A DNA stretch of 64,000 nt from an uncultured Desulfosoma sp. (GCA_937960435.1 CALGPN010000003.1:128117-192116), one strand, 5' to 3'; numbered from the stretch's first letter, positions 8,909-18,881 are shown. Translations and numbers: made by a program. Notes: generated from the sequence alone by a model not told the origin.

Positions 8909-9472
8909 TTAAGGCTCCGGAGGGCCTGGGGAAGGTTCGGCTTCAAGGGCTGCCCGCCAGTCTTTTTTCAAAGATTCGATTTCGCGGGCCAAAGTTTTTC
9001 GGGTCGTCTGCCAATGGGGATCGACGGCGGGCGTTACATGAACGGCGTCTCCGGCGATGCCCCTTTCGGCGAGATGAGCTAAGAGGCGACGGCGTTGCGC
9101 ATCCCAGGAGTTTTCGGGGGTCGTTTCCATCGTGGTGAGGCGGCTTAAGCGATCCAGGTAGGGCGTTTCCGCCGGGGCGGCGAAGGCTTTCAGAGCGCTT
9201 TCGATTTTCCCCCCCGTTTCTTCGGGGCTTAGGGCGTCCAGCAGTTTCCGGACGATGGCCCTTCGGGCCTCCTCCTGAAAATCCTCGGGAATGGCCCGCC
9301 AGGCGTCTTTCATGTGCTCGAGCGTCCACGCGTCATCCAGAAACCTTTGGATGATGCCGGGGATCTTTTCCAAGTGTTCCTGCCGATCCAACGCACGCCG
9401 TTCTTCGGGGCTGAGCACGAGGTGCTTGGTTTTCTCCAGGACGATATCCAAAGTGCTTTTGATTTCAGCCAT
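8909..9472 (-). CDS. Conserved hypothetical helical protein
   Basis: MAEIKSTLDIVLEKTK start with GAGGAGG SD; amphipathic helical composition; convergent with the MBL hydrolase. Confidence 0.7.
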   Translation of the reverse strand: MAEIKSTLDIVLEKTKHLVLSPEERRALDRQEHLEKIPGIIQRFLDDAWTLEHMKDAWRAIPEDFQEEARRAIVRKLLDALSPEETGGKIESALKAFAAPAETPYLDRLSRLTTMETTPENSWDAQRRRLLAHLAERGIAGDAVHVTPAVDPHWQTTRKTLAREIESLKKDWRAALEAEPSPGPPEP

Positions 9473-9783
9473 ACTGCCTCCTCTTTCGCCCGGCGAATCC
9501 CCGAAACATCTCCGACGGCGGAAGCCCCGCCGCTCCATCCCGGGGCGAAGGCCCTCCTCAGGTATCGGGCCTCGACGATCGCCTTTATAGCCGCTTGACA
9601 GACAAGGGGCAATCTCTTAAGAGGAGCGGGTTCTCCGAGCGATATCAGAGGGATAATTTTTATCAAAAAAACATTCTTCCGCTCCTCGCTTCCTCTATAA
9701 TAAAAGAGAAATCGGGGAAAGCCCGTCAAGGCCCTCGCAAGGTGTGAGGTGGATCAAATTCCGGATTTCAAAAGGAAGGAACG

Positions 9784-11106
9784 ATGCGAAAAGGGAGCCG
9801 AAAGACTCGTTTGGTGATCATGACCGCGTGTGTGGCCCTTGCCGGATGGATGGCACTGCGGGCCATGGCGACGGGGGCCGAGAAGGGTGTTTACGAGCAG
9901 CTCAGGCTGTTCAGTGATGTGATGAACTTGGTCCAAGAGCATTACGTGGAGCAAGTGGATTCCCAGAAGCTCATCTACGGAGCGATCAGCGGGATGCTCC
10001 GCGAACTGGATCCCCACTCTTCTTTTCTTCGCCCTGAGGATTACAAGGAACTGGAAATCGAGACCAAGGGCAAGTTCGGCGGCATTGGGATCGAAATCAC
10101 GATCCGAAACGGGGTGCTGACGGTGGTGGCCCCGCTGGAGGGGACGCCCGCGGACAAGGCGGGCATCCAGGCCAACGACCAGATCATCAAGATCGATGGG
10201 GCACCGACCCAGGAAATGAGCCTCACGGAAGCCGTGCAGAAGATGCGCGGTCCCAGAGGTACCAAGGTCAAACTGACCATCATGCGGGAAGGGCAGCGCA
10301 AGCCTCTGGAATTTGAACTGACCCGGGACATCATCACCATCCAGAGTGTTCGGACCCGTCCTTTGGAAAAAGGTTACGGCTATGTGCGCATCTCCAGCTT
10401 CCAAAGCGGCACGGGACGAGATTTGCGCAAGGTGCTGGAAAAACTGGAAGCGGAAGACAAGCCCCTGCAGGGCTTGATTTTGGATCTCCGGAACAATCCA
10501 GGCGGGCTCTTGGATCAGGCGGTGGCCGTCGCCGACGAATTTTTGGACTCGGGACTCATCGTGTATACCGGCGGGCGGCGCGAAAACCAGCAAATGCGCT
10601 TTGAAGCGACCAAGAACGCTTCGCCCCACCCCTATCCCATCATCGTTTTGGTTAACGGCGGCAGTGCCAGCGCGTCGGAAATCGTCGCCGGGGCGCTCCA
10701 AGACCATCGAAGGGCGGTGGTGGTGGGGGAACCGACCTTCGGGAAGGGCTCGGTCCAGACCGTCATCCCGCTCAATGACGGCTCGGCGGTGCGCCTCACC
10801 ACATCCTTATATTACACGCCAAGCGGCCGATCCATTCAGGCCAAGGGAATCGTCCCGGACATTGTGGTGAAACGTGTCGTGCCGAACCCTGAAAACGGCG
10901 GCGAAGAAGCCTTGCGCCGTCTGAGGGAAAAGGATCTACCCCGTCACATGGAAGTCCCTCAGAATAAACCCGAGGAAGAGGAAAAGACCGCGCCGCAACC
11001 GGAACAATCGGATACCGAAAAATGGCTTGAAGCGGACAATCAATTGCGCCACGCTCTGGAATTGCTTAAGAGCTATCGCATCATGGCGGAGACGCGTTAC
11101 AAATAG
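9784..11106 (+). CDS. ctpA: Carboxy-terminal processing protease, S41 family with PDZ domain
   Basis: LDPHS, GIGIEI (PDZ), LDLRNNPGGLL, SASASEIVAGALQD (catalytic Ser), TFGKGSVQ (catalytic Lys); N-terminal signal anchor. Confidence 0.95.
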   Translation: MRKGSRKTRLVIMTACVALAGWMALRAMATGAEKGVYEQLRLFSDVMNLVQEHYVEQVDSQKLIYGAISGMLRELDPHSSFLRPEDYKELEIETKGKFGGIGIEITIRNGVLTVVAPLEGTPADKAGIQANDQIIKIDGAPTQEMSLTEAVQKMRGPRGTKVKLTIMREGQRKPLEFELTRDIITIQSVRTRPLEKGYGYVRISSFQSGTGRDLRKVLEKLEAEDKPLQGLILDLRNNPGGLLDQAVAVADEFLDSGLIVYTGGRRENQQMRFEATKNASPHPYPIIVLVNGGSASASEIVAGALQDHRRAVVVGEPTFGKGSVQTVIPLNDGSAVRLTTSLYYTPSGRSIQAKGIVPDIVVKRVVPNPENGGEEALRRLREKDLPRHMEVPQNKPEEEEKTAPQPEQSDTEKWLEADNQLRHALELLKSYRIMAETRYK

Positions 11107-11129
11107 CCTGAGGAAGGACCTCCGTCCTT

Positions 11130-12290
11130 ATGGCTTCAACACAGGGGAAAAAGCGTCCGGGATCGGGAACGGCCGTGCGGCACGCGGCGGGGCGCAGACC
11201 TCGGCCCAACGCCTCCGGGTCGGGTGGGGGTCGGAAAACGGGGCCCAGAGACTCCGTATTCCTTCCTCTGCTTACCGTGTGGATCGTGGTCCTCTTGCTT
11301 CTCGTCATCGTTCTCTACTGGACGAGAGGAAGCCTGTTCCGGACGGCCGTGCCCGGAGCCAAAGGAAGGGAAACCGCCGCGGCGGTCCCGGCTCCTGAAC
11401 GCCAAGCCTCACCGCCAAAAACGTCATCAAAGGACTCGCCCCCCCCTTCTTCCCCGGAGGGCTCGGCCTTCGAAACAGGGGACAAAAAGGGCCGCGAAGG
11501 GGAGACACCGAAAGGGAGCGCCGTGGTGGCTTCGGTGCCTAAAGTCGCCCCGGAACCCCCGGTGGCGCCGCTGCCTCCGGCCAAACCCCCCGCCGGTCGA
11601 GCGGCCCTCGTGATCGACGACTTCGGCTACGACATCAAAATCGCACGAAAATTCATCAACCTTCCCGTAGCGATGACCTTTTCCGTGCTTCCACATCTGC
11701 CGCACACGGAAGAAGTCGCGGCTCTTGCTTCACGTCACGGCCATGAAGTGTTGCTCCACATGCCCATGGAACCTCATGGATACCCGAAGAGCGATCCGGG
11801 GCGAGGAGCCCTGCTTGTGGCCATGACGCCCCAAGAGATGGTCGCCGAGATCGACAAGGCCTTGAAGGAAAATCCATACGCCCGCGGGATCAATAACCAC
11901 ATGGGCTCCAAGTTTACCGAAGACGCTGACGCCATGAGGGTCGTTTTACGGCATCTGAAAGAGCGGGGCTTTTATTACTTGGACAGCTACACCAGCCCCC
12001 AGAGTGTCGGCATGGCGGTGGCTCGGGATCTCGGTATGCCGTGTTTGAAAAGAGATATTTTTTTGGACCATGAACCGACGGAAGACTTCGTGCGGCGCCA
12101 AGTCGCGGAGCTCATCCGCCGGGCTAAGATCGAAGGCCGGGCCGTAGGGATCGGTCACCCCTATCCGGTTACTCTAAAGGTTCTGGAGCAAGAGGCCGAG
12201 ACTTTCGAAAAGGAAGGGATCGAAATCGTCCCGCTTAAAAAACTTTTGGACGGGCCCGCGGCAGCAAACGGCGGCAAGGCAGGGGCGTAA
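11130..12290 (+). CDS. Divergent polysaccharide deacetylase family protein (YibQ-like) with TM anchor and Pro-rich linker
   Basis: LVIDDFG, LLHMPMEP, GINNHMGS, RDIFLD, GIGHP motifs; usual position downstream of ctpA. Confidence 0.9.
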   Translation: MASTQGKKRPGSGTAVRHAAGRRPRPNASGSGGGRKTGPRDSVFLPLLTVWIVVLLLLVIVLYWTRGSLFRTAVPGAKGRETAAAVPAPERQASPPKTSSKDSPPPSSPEGSAFETGDKKGREGETPKGSAVVASVPKVAPEPPVAPLPPAKPPAGRAALVIDDFGYDIKIARKFINLPVAMTFSVLPHLPHTEEVAALASRHGHEVLLHMPMEPHGYPKSDPGRGALLVAMTPQEMVAEIDKALKENPYARGINNHMGSKFTEDADAMRVVLRHLKERGFYYLDSYTSPQSVGMAVARDLGMPCLKRDIFLDHEPTEDFVRRQVAELIRRAKIEGRAVGIGHPYPVTLKVLEQEAETFEKEGIEIVPLKKLLDGPAAANGGKAGA

Positions 12291-12530
12291 GACTCCTCAT
12301 AGGCTGGGGCTTTTCGGTTCTTTCACGGAAGACGCCGAGCGCGGCTCTGCCGCTGGCTGAATGTATGGAAAGGCGGGTGCCGAGAAGGTCTTTCCCCAGG
12401 CGAGTGTGGTGCTTTTAATGGAGGATACGGGTGGAGACACGGGGGCTGTGCTTAAGTCGGTTTCCCCCGTCCGAGAGGCTAAGAAATGAAGACTGTGGGA
12501 AAAAGAAGACCGGTGTCTCAAGGAAATGGA

Positions 12531-13571
12531 GTGAAATTAAAGCTTCGGTACTGGGGAGGGCTGATCGTTGCGGTTTTCGGCCTCCTGTGCCTTCCATGTG
12601 CTGCGGTCGCCTCTCAGCCTACGCCGGATCTGGGCTCACAAGCCTCTCAGACCGCTCCCTTACCCAAGATCGTCGTTGAAAACCCGCAGGCGGATCTGGG
12701 AGAAGTGATGGAAGATGGAACCGTTTCCCACGACTTTGTCGTTCGCAATGCGGGCACCGCCCCATTGATCATTGAACAGGTACGCCCCGGCTGAGGCTGC
12801 AGCGTGGCCCGGTTCGACCGGGAGATCCCTCCGGGTCGAGAGGGAAAAGTGACGTTGACGGTCCATCTTGCGGGGTATCGGGGTAAAGTGAACAAAAGCG
12901 CCATAGTTTACTGCAACGATCCTCAAACCCCGAGAGTGCCCCTGTCCGTCAGTGCCAAGGTCGTTCCCTTTGTGGACATCCGCCCGAGCGACGCGGTGGT
13001 GTTCCGCGGTGCCGCGGCGACGCTGAAGCCCCAGGAATTGGAAGTCGAAAGCGCCAAGACTCCGATGCGCATCCTTCGAGTGGAAAGCGATCTGGAAAAG
13101 GAAGTTTCGGTCAAAATCGAACCGCTCGCAGAGGGAAGCCGTTACCGTGTGGTCATCGCGAACCAAGCTGAGCAGGGAAGTTATTCGGGCCGTGTTCGGT
13201 TGATCACGGATCATCCGCAAAAACCCGACGTGACGATTTCTGTTCGAGGGATGGTGGAAGGCCCCATCGGCATTCGCCCGACCCATCTTCTTGTGGGCAA
13301 GACCAAGGGGGATGTCGCCAACCGAGTGGGCAGAGTCCTTGTGGTCAGCCACAGCGGGGCGGCGTTCCGCATCACCGAGATGGACTACGATCGCGAGCTG
13401 TTGGATGTCGCCGTGAGACCTCAGAAGGATCCACCGGGTTATGTGTTGGATGTTTCGGCCAAGCTGGAAGACGTCCCTCCCGGGACGCAGAAACGGACGA
13501 CATTAAAAGTCCAAACCGATGCACGACCGCAGGAGTGGCTGAGCGTCGAGGTTTTTGTGGTGAATCTCTAA
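12531..13571 (+). CDS. Secreted DUF1573-type (Ig-like repeat) protein, probable selenoprotein with in-frame UGA at 12792-12794
   Basis: ORFs 12486-12794 and 12804-13571 are in the same frame, joined by TGA GGC TGC AGC: HDFVVRNAGTAPLIIEQVRPG-U-GCSVARFDREIPPGREGKV, matching the DUF1573 CGC pattern; signal peptide from GTG 12531 (ATG 12486 is the alternative start). Confidence 0.75.
12795..12839 (+). promoter_or_regulatory. Candidate bacterial SECIS element
   Basis: Hairpin CCCGGT-TCG-ACCGGG (12808-12822), G-containing loop beginning 20 nt after the UGA; alternative hairpin TCGACC-G-GGAG-ATCC-CTCC-G-GGTCGA (12814-12839). Confidence 0.5.
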
Positions 13572-13669
13572 GAAGAAGCTGCCCGAAACGCGTCAGGTCC
13601 GTCGGGGAATGAGTCCCGGAAATGTCCGGGGCGTGTCGGTTCGTGCTCCATCCACACCCAAAAGCCCCA

Positions 13670-14797
13670 TCACATGCCGGCGGAAAAGGTTCCCGGTTCG
13701 TAGAGACACAAGGGCTCTTCCGCCATATAATTTCCGGTGGCCTCGTAAGCCCGCGCGCGACATCCTCCGCAGACTCTGACAAATTCACATCGGCCGCACT
13801 TGCCTTCCAGGGCCTTGAAATTCCGCAGACGTTGAAACACGTCCGAGTTTTTCCAGATATCTTGAAAGGGTTCTCGGCGCACATTGCCGCAGTCCACTTC
13901 CAAATAGCCGCAGGGCTGGACCGTACCCACATGGGAAATAAAGCAAAAGCCGGTCCCTCCCAAGCAGCCTCGGGTCATGGCGTCCAACCCGAAGCTATGC
14001 TGATCCACGGGGCGGCCTTCCGCCCGGGCCCGTTGCCGCAGGATTCGGTAATAATGAGGGGCGCATGTGGCTTTGAGCTGCAAAGGGACCTTGTCTCGCT
14101 GGTCATAAAACCAGTGGAGGGTCTTTTCGTATTGCTCGGCGTTGATCGTCTGTTCTTCCAAGTTCTTGCCGCGTCCTACCGGGACCAAAAGGAAAATATG
14201 ATGGGCCACGGCCCCGAGGGCCACGGCAACTTCCTGGATTTTCGGCAGTTCTCGAAGATTGGCCCCTGTGATGGTCGTGTTGATTTGAAAAGGCAGAGCG
14301 GCCGCTTTGGCGTTTCGGATGCCCCGCAGCGCTCCTTCAAAGGCGCCGGGGACCCCGCGAAAAGCATCGTGGCTTGCGGCGTCCGCTCCGTCCAGACTGA
14401 TGCTGATGCGCTGGATGCCCGCTTCTTTCATCCGTCGTGCCGCCTCCGGAGTGACCAAGGTGCCGTTGGGGGCCATGGTCATCCGAAGACCCTTCGCGTG
14501 GCCGTATGCGGCCAATTGGAAAATGTCGGGGCGCAAGAGGGGTTCTCCACCGGTAAGAATCACGATGGGGGAGCCGACCCGTGCGATGTCGTCCAAAAGG
14601 CGGAGACACTCTTCGGTGCTCAATTCGTCGGCGTAGGGTTTGTCCACAGCGGCGGCCCGGCAATGCACGCAGGAGAGATTGCACGTGCGGGTGACCTCCC
14701 ACGCGACCAGGCGCAACGTCCACGAGTGCCGGTGAGAGGTTGAGGCGCTCGTCGGGTGCTCGGCGCCGCTGGCTTTTGCGCATTTATTGGCAGGCAT
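13670..14797 (-). CDS. ahbD: Heme b synthase (Fe-coproporphyrin III decarboxylase), radical SAM/SPASM
   Basis: LRLVAWEVTRTCNLSCVHC (CX3CX2C), LTGGEPLLRPD, SPASM Cys cluster; ahbC-hemB-ahbD order. Confidence 0.85.
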   Translation of the reverse strand: MPANKCAKASGAEHPTSASTSHRHSWTLRLVAWEVTRTCNLSCVHCRAAAVDKPYADELSTEECLRLLDDIARVGSPIVILTGGEPLLRPDIFQLAAYGHAKGLRMTMAPNGTLVTPEAARRMKEAGIQRISISLDGADAASHDAFRGVPGAFEGALRGIRNAKAAALPFQINTTITGANLRELPKIQEVAVALGAVAHHIFLLVPVGRGKNLEEQTINAEQYEKTLHWFYDQRDKVPLQLKATCAPHYYRILRQRARAEGRPVDQHSFGLDAMTRGCLGGTGFCFISHVGTVQPCGYLEVDCGNVRREPFQDIWKNSDVFQRLRNFKALEGKCGRCEFVRVCGGCRARAYEATGNYMAEEPLCLYEPGTFSAGM

Positions 14798-14823
14798 GCA
14801 ATGACCTCATTGGGTTGACCGTT

Positions 14824-15801
14824 TCATGACGACGAAAGAAGGCGGGCGGCGTCCTTGGCAAAGTACGTGATGATGAGATCCGCTCCGGCTCGGTGAATGG
14901 CGGTGAGCACTTCCATCATCACGCGTTGTTCGTCGAGCCAGCCGTTGGCGGCGGCAGCCTTGATCATGGCGTACTCACCGCTCACGTTGTAAGCAGCCAC
15001 CGGCCAGTCGAATTCATCGCGCACGCGCCGAATGATGTCCAGGTAGGCCAGAGCGGGTTTGACCATAATGATGTCGGCCCCCTCGTGCAGATCCAGCTGG
15101 ATTTCTCGTAAGGCCTCCCGAGCGTTGGGCGGGTCCATCTGGTATGAGCGCCGATCCCCGAATTGGGGTGCCGACTCCGCTGCTTCTCGAAAGGGACCGT
15201 AAAAAGCCGAACAGTACTTGGCCGAATAGGCCATGATGGCCGTATGCGTGAATCCTCCTTCGTCGAGTTTTTGGCGAATGGCGCCGATGCGCCCATCCAT
15301 CATGTCCGAAGGAGCCACCATATCGGCGCCTGCCTGAGCGTGGGAAACCGCGATTCGGGCCAGGATCTCGAGCGTGGCATCGTTGTCCACCTCACGGCCT
15401 CGAAGCACGCCGCAATGGCCGTGGCTCGTGTATTCACACAGGCAGACGTCGGTGATGACCACGAGATCCGGGCAGCGGTCCTTGATGGCGCGCACGGCCT
15501 CTTGGACCACGCCGTGGGAGGCGTAGGCTTCGGAGCCCCTTTCGTCCTTGCGCTGGGGAAGACCGAAGAGAATGACGGCGGGAATGCCCAGATCCCCGGC
15601 TTCCCGGGCCTCGTCGGCCACGGTGTCCGGCGAAAACTGGAAGACTCCGGGCATAGACGGCACGGCCTGCCGAATTCCGCGCCCGGCTCGGACGAAAAGG
15701 GGGTAAATGAACATGTCCGGGCTCAGCCGAGTTTCCCGAATCATGCGTCGCAGATTTTCACTCTGTCGCAAGCGCCTCGGGCGGTACTGTGGAAACCACA
15801 T
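14824..15801 (-). CDS. hemB: Porphobilinogen synthase (ALA dehydratase)
   Basis: [20 protein letters not shown] (Zn site), [29 protein letters not shown] motifs. Confidence 0.97.
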   Translation of the reverse strand: MWFPQYRPRRLRQSENLRRMIRETRLSPDMFIYPLFVRAGRGIRQAVPSMPGVFQFSPDTVADEAREAGDLGIPAVILFGLPQRKDERGSEAYASHGVVQEAVRAIKDRCPDLVVITDVCLCEYTSHGHCGVLRGREVDNDATLEILARIAVSHAQAGADMVAPSDMMDGRIGAIRQKLDEGGFTHTAIMAYSAKYCSAFYGPFREAAESAPQFGDRRSYQMDPPNAREALREIQLDLHEGADIIMVKPALAYLDIIRRVRDEFDWPVAAYNVSGEYAMIKAAAANGWLDEQRVMMEVLTAIHRAGADLIITYFAKDAARLLSSS

Positions 15802-15818
15802 GCGGGAACCTCCTTCGC

Positions 15819-17009
15819 TCACTTCGATTCGAGGCCGATTTCTTCATCGGTAAGGTAGCAGGCCGGATCGGGGGCCCATAGATCGCCCGTAGCCGCTTCC
15901 GCACGCACGCGAAAGTTGCCGCCGCAGATGGCGAGCCATCGGCATCGGGCGCAGCGACCTGTGACGTAACGTTTTTTGTCTTTGAGGCGGGCCATCAGAG
16001 GGTTGGACAAGTCGGACCAAATGGCACTGAACGGGCGCTGCCGGACGTTTCCGAAGGCGTAGTGACGCCAGAACTGATCGGCGTGGACTTGGCCGTCCCA
16101 GCTCACGCAGCCGATTCCCCTTCCGGAATTGTTGCCTTCGTTCATTTCCAGCAATTTGAGCACGTCCGGGGCCCGGGGAGAACCTTCCCGAACCATCCGC
16201 AGGTACACATAGGGCCCGTCGGCGTGATTGTCCACGGTGAGCACTTCCTTCGGCTTGCCGCGACGGTGTAGATCGGCGGTGCGGTCAATGATGAGGTCGA
16301 CGGCGCGCCGGGTCTCTTGGTGGGTGAGATCGTCTTCCATGAGCCTGGAGCCACGGCCCGCATAGACAAGGTGGTAGAAGCAGACCCTTGGGATGTCGCG
16401 GGATTCCAAAAGATCGAAGATCGCGGGAATTTCGGAGGCGTTTCTTCGGTTCATGGTAAACCGAAGCCCCACCTTGATGCCGGCTTCCTGGCAGGCCGCA
16501 ATGCCTTCCAAAGCCCTTTGAAACGCTCCCTTGACGCCCCGAAACCGATCGTTGACCTCTTCCATGCCGTCCAAACTGATGCCCACGTAGGAAAGGCCGA
16601 GGTCTCTCAGTTCGCGAGCGACGTGCGGGGTGATGAGGGTCCCGTTGGTGGAAATGACGGCGCGCATCCCTTTGTCCACGGCGTAGGCCGCCAGTTCCAC
16701 CAAATCCGGCCTCATCAGAGGCTCCCCGCCGGAAAAGAGCACCACGGGGCATCCGAAGGCGGCCAAGTCATCCAGGAGCGCCTTGCCTTCCGCCGTGGTC
16801 AATTCGTCGGGAAAATCGCGGTCCAGGGCATGCGCGTAACAATGAACGCATTTCAGGTTGCATCGGCGGGTCATGTTCCAGACCACAACGGGTTTCTTAT
16901 CCTGAGAAAACTGCAGGAGATGGGACGGCAGTCGGCCGCTGTGCCGTCCGTAGCGCAGCGCGTCGGACGGTTCCACAGTGCCGCAATACAATTTGGAGAT
17001 GCCGATCAT
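15819..17009 (-). CDS. ahbC: 12,18-didecarboxysiroheme deacetylase, radical SAM/SPASM
   Basis: [10 protein letters not shown] start, [32 protein letters not shown] CxxC-x5-CGGNFR; upstream of hemB. Confidence 0.85.
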   Translation of the reverse strand: MIGISKLYCGTVEPSDALRYGRHSGRLPSHLLQFSQDKKPVVVWNMTRRCNLKCVHCYAHALDRDFPDELTTAEGKALLDDLAAFGCPVVLFSGGEPLMRPDLVELAAYAVDKGMRAVISTNGTLITPHVARELRDLGLSYVGISLDGMEEVNDRFRGVKGAFQRALEGIAACQEAGIKVGLRFTMNRRNASEIPAIFDLLESRDIPRVCFYHLVYAGRGSRLMEDDLTHQETRRAVDLIIDRTADLHRRGKPKEVLTVDNHADGPYVYLRMVREGSPRAPDVLKLLEMNEGNNSGRGIGCVSWDGQVHADQFWRHYAFGNVRQRPFSAIWSDLSNPLMARLKDKKRYVTGRCARCRWLAICGGNFRVRAEAATGDLWAPDPACYLTDEEIGLESK

Positions 17010-18799
17010 TGGGCGGATCCTTCCGTGGACGAGGCGGCGTCTCCGGGCAAGGGGTGCTTTCGGTAAGTTTCCCGGATGAGCCGGTCCAAATAGTTTTCCG
17101 GTGCCTCCACGGCCTCTTTGGGCAGAATGAATTGGATCTGCCCGCTTCTTTCCGCGACCAAGCGGAAAGCGTAGTCGTAGTCACGGGAAATTTCACGGCA
17201 TACGGCGGCGGCTGTTTTGTCTTCCGCCAAAGCCTTGAACATGATAGCCGTGATGGCATGGTCGTCAAAGTGGATCTTGAATCCTTGATGATCGTGGAAT
17301 TCGTCCTCGAAGACTTTGACCTGATTGTAGAAAGTGATCATGACATCGAAGAGATCTTCGATGGGTTCTCCGGTTTTCACGTGCTGTTCCACCAGCAGTT
17401 CGAGGCGTCCCGGGGTGAAGACGAACGGGTAATTCTGCACGTAATGCTTTTTCTTCTTGAGGACCTGCTGACGCACGGCTTCCTTTTCCTCGCGCACAAT
17501 GCGTTCGTAAAGGAGGCGCCGTTCGGGGGATTCGGGATCCTTGAGAATGGCGTCCAAGGTTTCCTGCGGATGCAGGACAAGGTCTTTGGTCACCACCAAA
17601 GACCGGATGGAGGTGGAGGGGAGTCGCTTTTCGAACCCGAGCAGCACCCGCTCAATGACGCTCACCAGACCCCGAGCCCCCGTCTTTTCCTGATAGGCCA
17701 TTTCGGCCAGAGTCCATAGGGCTTCGTCTTCGAACTTGAGGTCGATGCCGTAGCAGCGGAAATCTTCCTTTTTCCCTTGAATGACCGGGTTGTTGGGATT
17801 CTTGAGGATCTCGTAAAGGTCTTCCACTTCCAAGGGCTCCAGGACCGCGATGACCGGAAGCCGCCCCACGAATTCGCTTTCGAATCCGAACTGAATGAGA
17901 TCCTCGGCCTTGACGTGCTGGAGGAACTTGGAATCGTCCGAACGGCTGTGCACGGCGGCCTTGAACCCGACGCCTTGTTGCTGGAGGCGCTTTTTGACGA
18001 TGTCGGCCAAGCCGTTGAAGGCCCCGCTCACAATGAAAAGGATGTTCTTGGTATTGATGGTCTGCTTTTCGCGTTTTCCGGTTCGACGGTATTGCTCGAT
18101 GGCCTGCAGCTGAGAGACGGGGTCATGGGCGACCCGAAGATCGACGTCCGTTTCCTCCATGGGTTTCAAAAGAGCCCGCTGCACACCGGTGCGGGAAACA
18201 TCGGGTCCGATGATATGGGGAGAAGAGGCAATTTTGTCGATCTCATCGATATAGATGATTCCATACTGGGCGAGCTCGAGATCGTCGTCGGCGGCCCGCA
18301 CCAGGTCCCGAACCAAGTCTTCCACGTCACCACCCACGTAGCCGGTCTCGCTGAACTTTGTGGCGTCCCCCTTGACGAAAGGCACACCGATCTTTTGGGC
18401 GATGAGCTTGATCATATAGGTTTTACCTACCCCCGTAGGTCCCATCAGAATGATGTTGTTCTTGATCCGACCCACGGGATCCGCGTTTCGATGTCCTCGT
18501 TCCATGCGCCATTTGATGCGGTTGTAATGGGTGCAGATTTTGGTCGCCAAGATGGCTTTCGCTTGGTCTTGTTTGACGACGTATTGGTCCAAATAGGCTT
18601 CCAGTTCTTCGGGTTTCATGTCGAACTGGATTTTGCGCACGTTCTCCGACTCGCCTTTCTTGGATTCGGCGCTTTTGGGCTGGGCCACCATCATGGGGGA
18701 AATCACCCGGATCGGTCGTCCGTATTTCTTGGAAAGGAATTCGCTCAGTTCTTTTTCCAGCTCTTCTTGGTCGGGAAATTTTTGGCATTGATCGTCCAT
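17006..18799 (-). CDS. ClpX-like AAA+ ATPase lacking the N-terminal zinc finger, with long C-terminal extension
   Basis: LDQYVVKQDQAK, GPTGVGKT, DATKFSETGYVG, IYIDEIDK, GVQRALLK, VGF loop, EFVGRLPV, TGARGL; stop overlaps the ahbC start (ATGA). Confidence 0.85.
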   Translation of the reverse strand: MDDQCQKFPDQEELEKELSEFLSKKYGRPIRVISPMMVAQPKSAESKKGESENVRKIQFDMKPEELEAYLDQYVVKQDQAKAILATKICTHYNRIKWRMERGHRNADPVGRIKNNIILMGPTGVGKTYMIKLIAQKIGVPFVKGDATKFSETGYVGGDVEDLVRDLVRAADDDLELAQYGIIYIDEIDKIASSPHIIGPDVSRTGVQRALLKPMEETDVDLRVAHDPVSQLQAIEQYRRTGKREKQTINTKNILFIVSGAFNGLADIVKKRLQQQGVGFKAAVHSRSDDSKFLQHVKAEDLIQFGFESEFVGRLPVIAVLEPLEVEDLYEILKNPNNPVIQGKKEDFRCYGIDLKFEDEALWTLAEMAYQEKTGARGLVSVIERVLLGFEKRLPSTSIRSLVVTKDLVLHPQETLDAILKDPESPERRLLYERIVREEKEAVRQQVLKKKKHYVQNYPFVFTPGRLELLVEQHVKTGEPIEDLFDVMITFYNQVKVFEDEFHDHQGFKIHFDDHAITAIMFKALAEDKTAAAVCREISRDYDYAFRLVAERSGQIQFILPKEAVEAPENYLDRLIRETYRKHPLPGDAASSTEGSAQ

Positions 18800-18852
18800 A
18801 AGGCACCTGTTTTGGGTTTTTCCATAAGGAAAGAAGTGATGCATGCCCAAGC

Positions 18853-18881
18853 ACTATAAGCGTGGCTGCTCGGTTTTTCAA
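18853..18881 (-). promoter_or_regulatory. Promoter for the clpX-like/ahbC/hemB/ahbD unit
   Basis: Minus strand (C)TTGAAA, 17-nt spacer, TATAGT; sigma-70-like, and the CTTGAA also resembles an RpoH-class -35. Confidence 0.55.

Noticed and set aside
12439-12470. Hairpin ACGGGGG...CCCCCGT upstream of the putative selenoprotein
   Set aside because: No match to any riboswitch, SRP or 6S core I can recognise; a single GC stem is not enough evidence.
12486-12794. DUF1573 gene read as a pseudogene or two separate genes
   Set aside because: A single in-frame UGA at the motif Cys, an intact downstream frame, no SD before GTG 12804 and a nearby hairpin favour recoding; not fully excluded.
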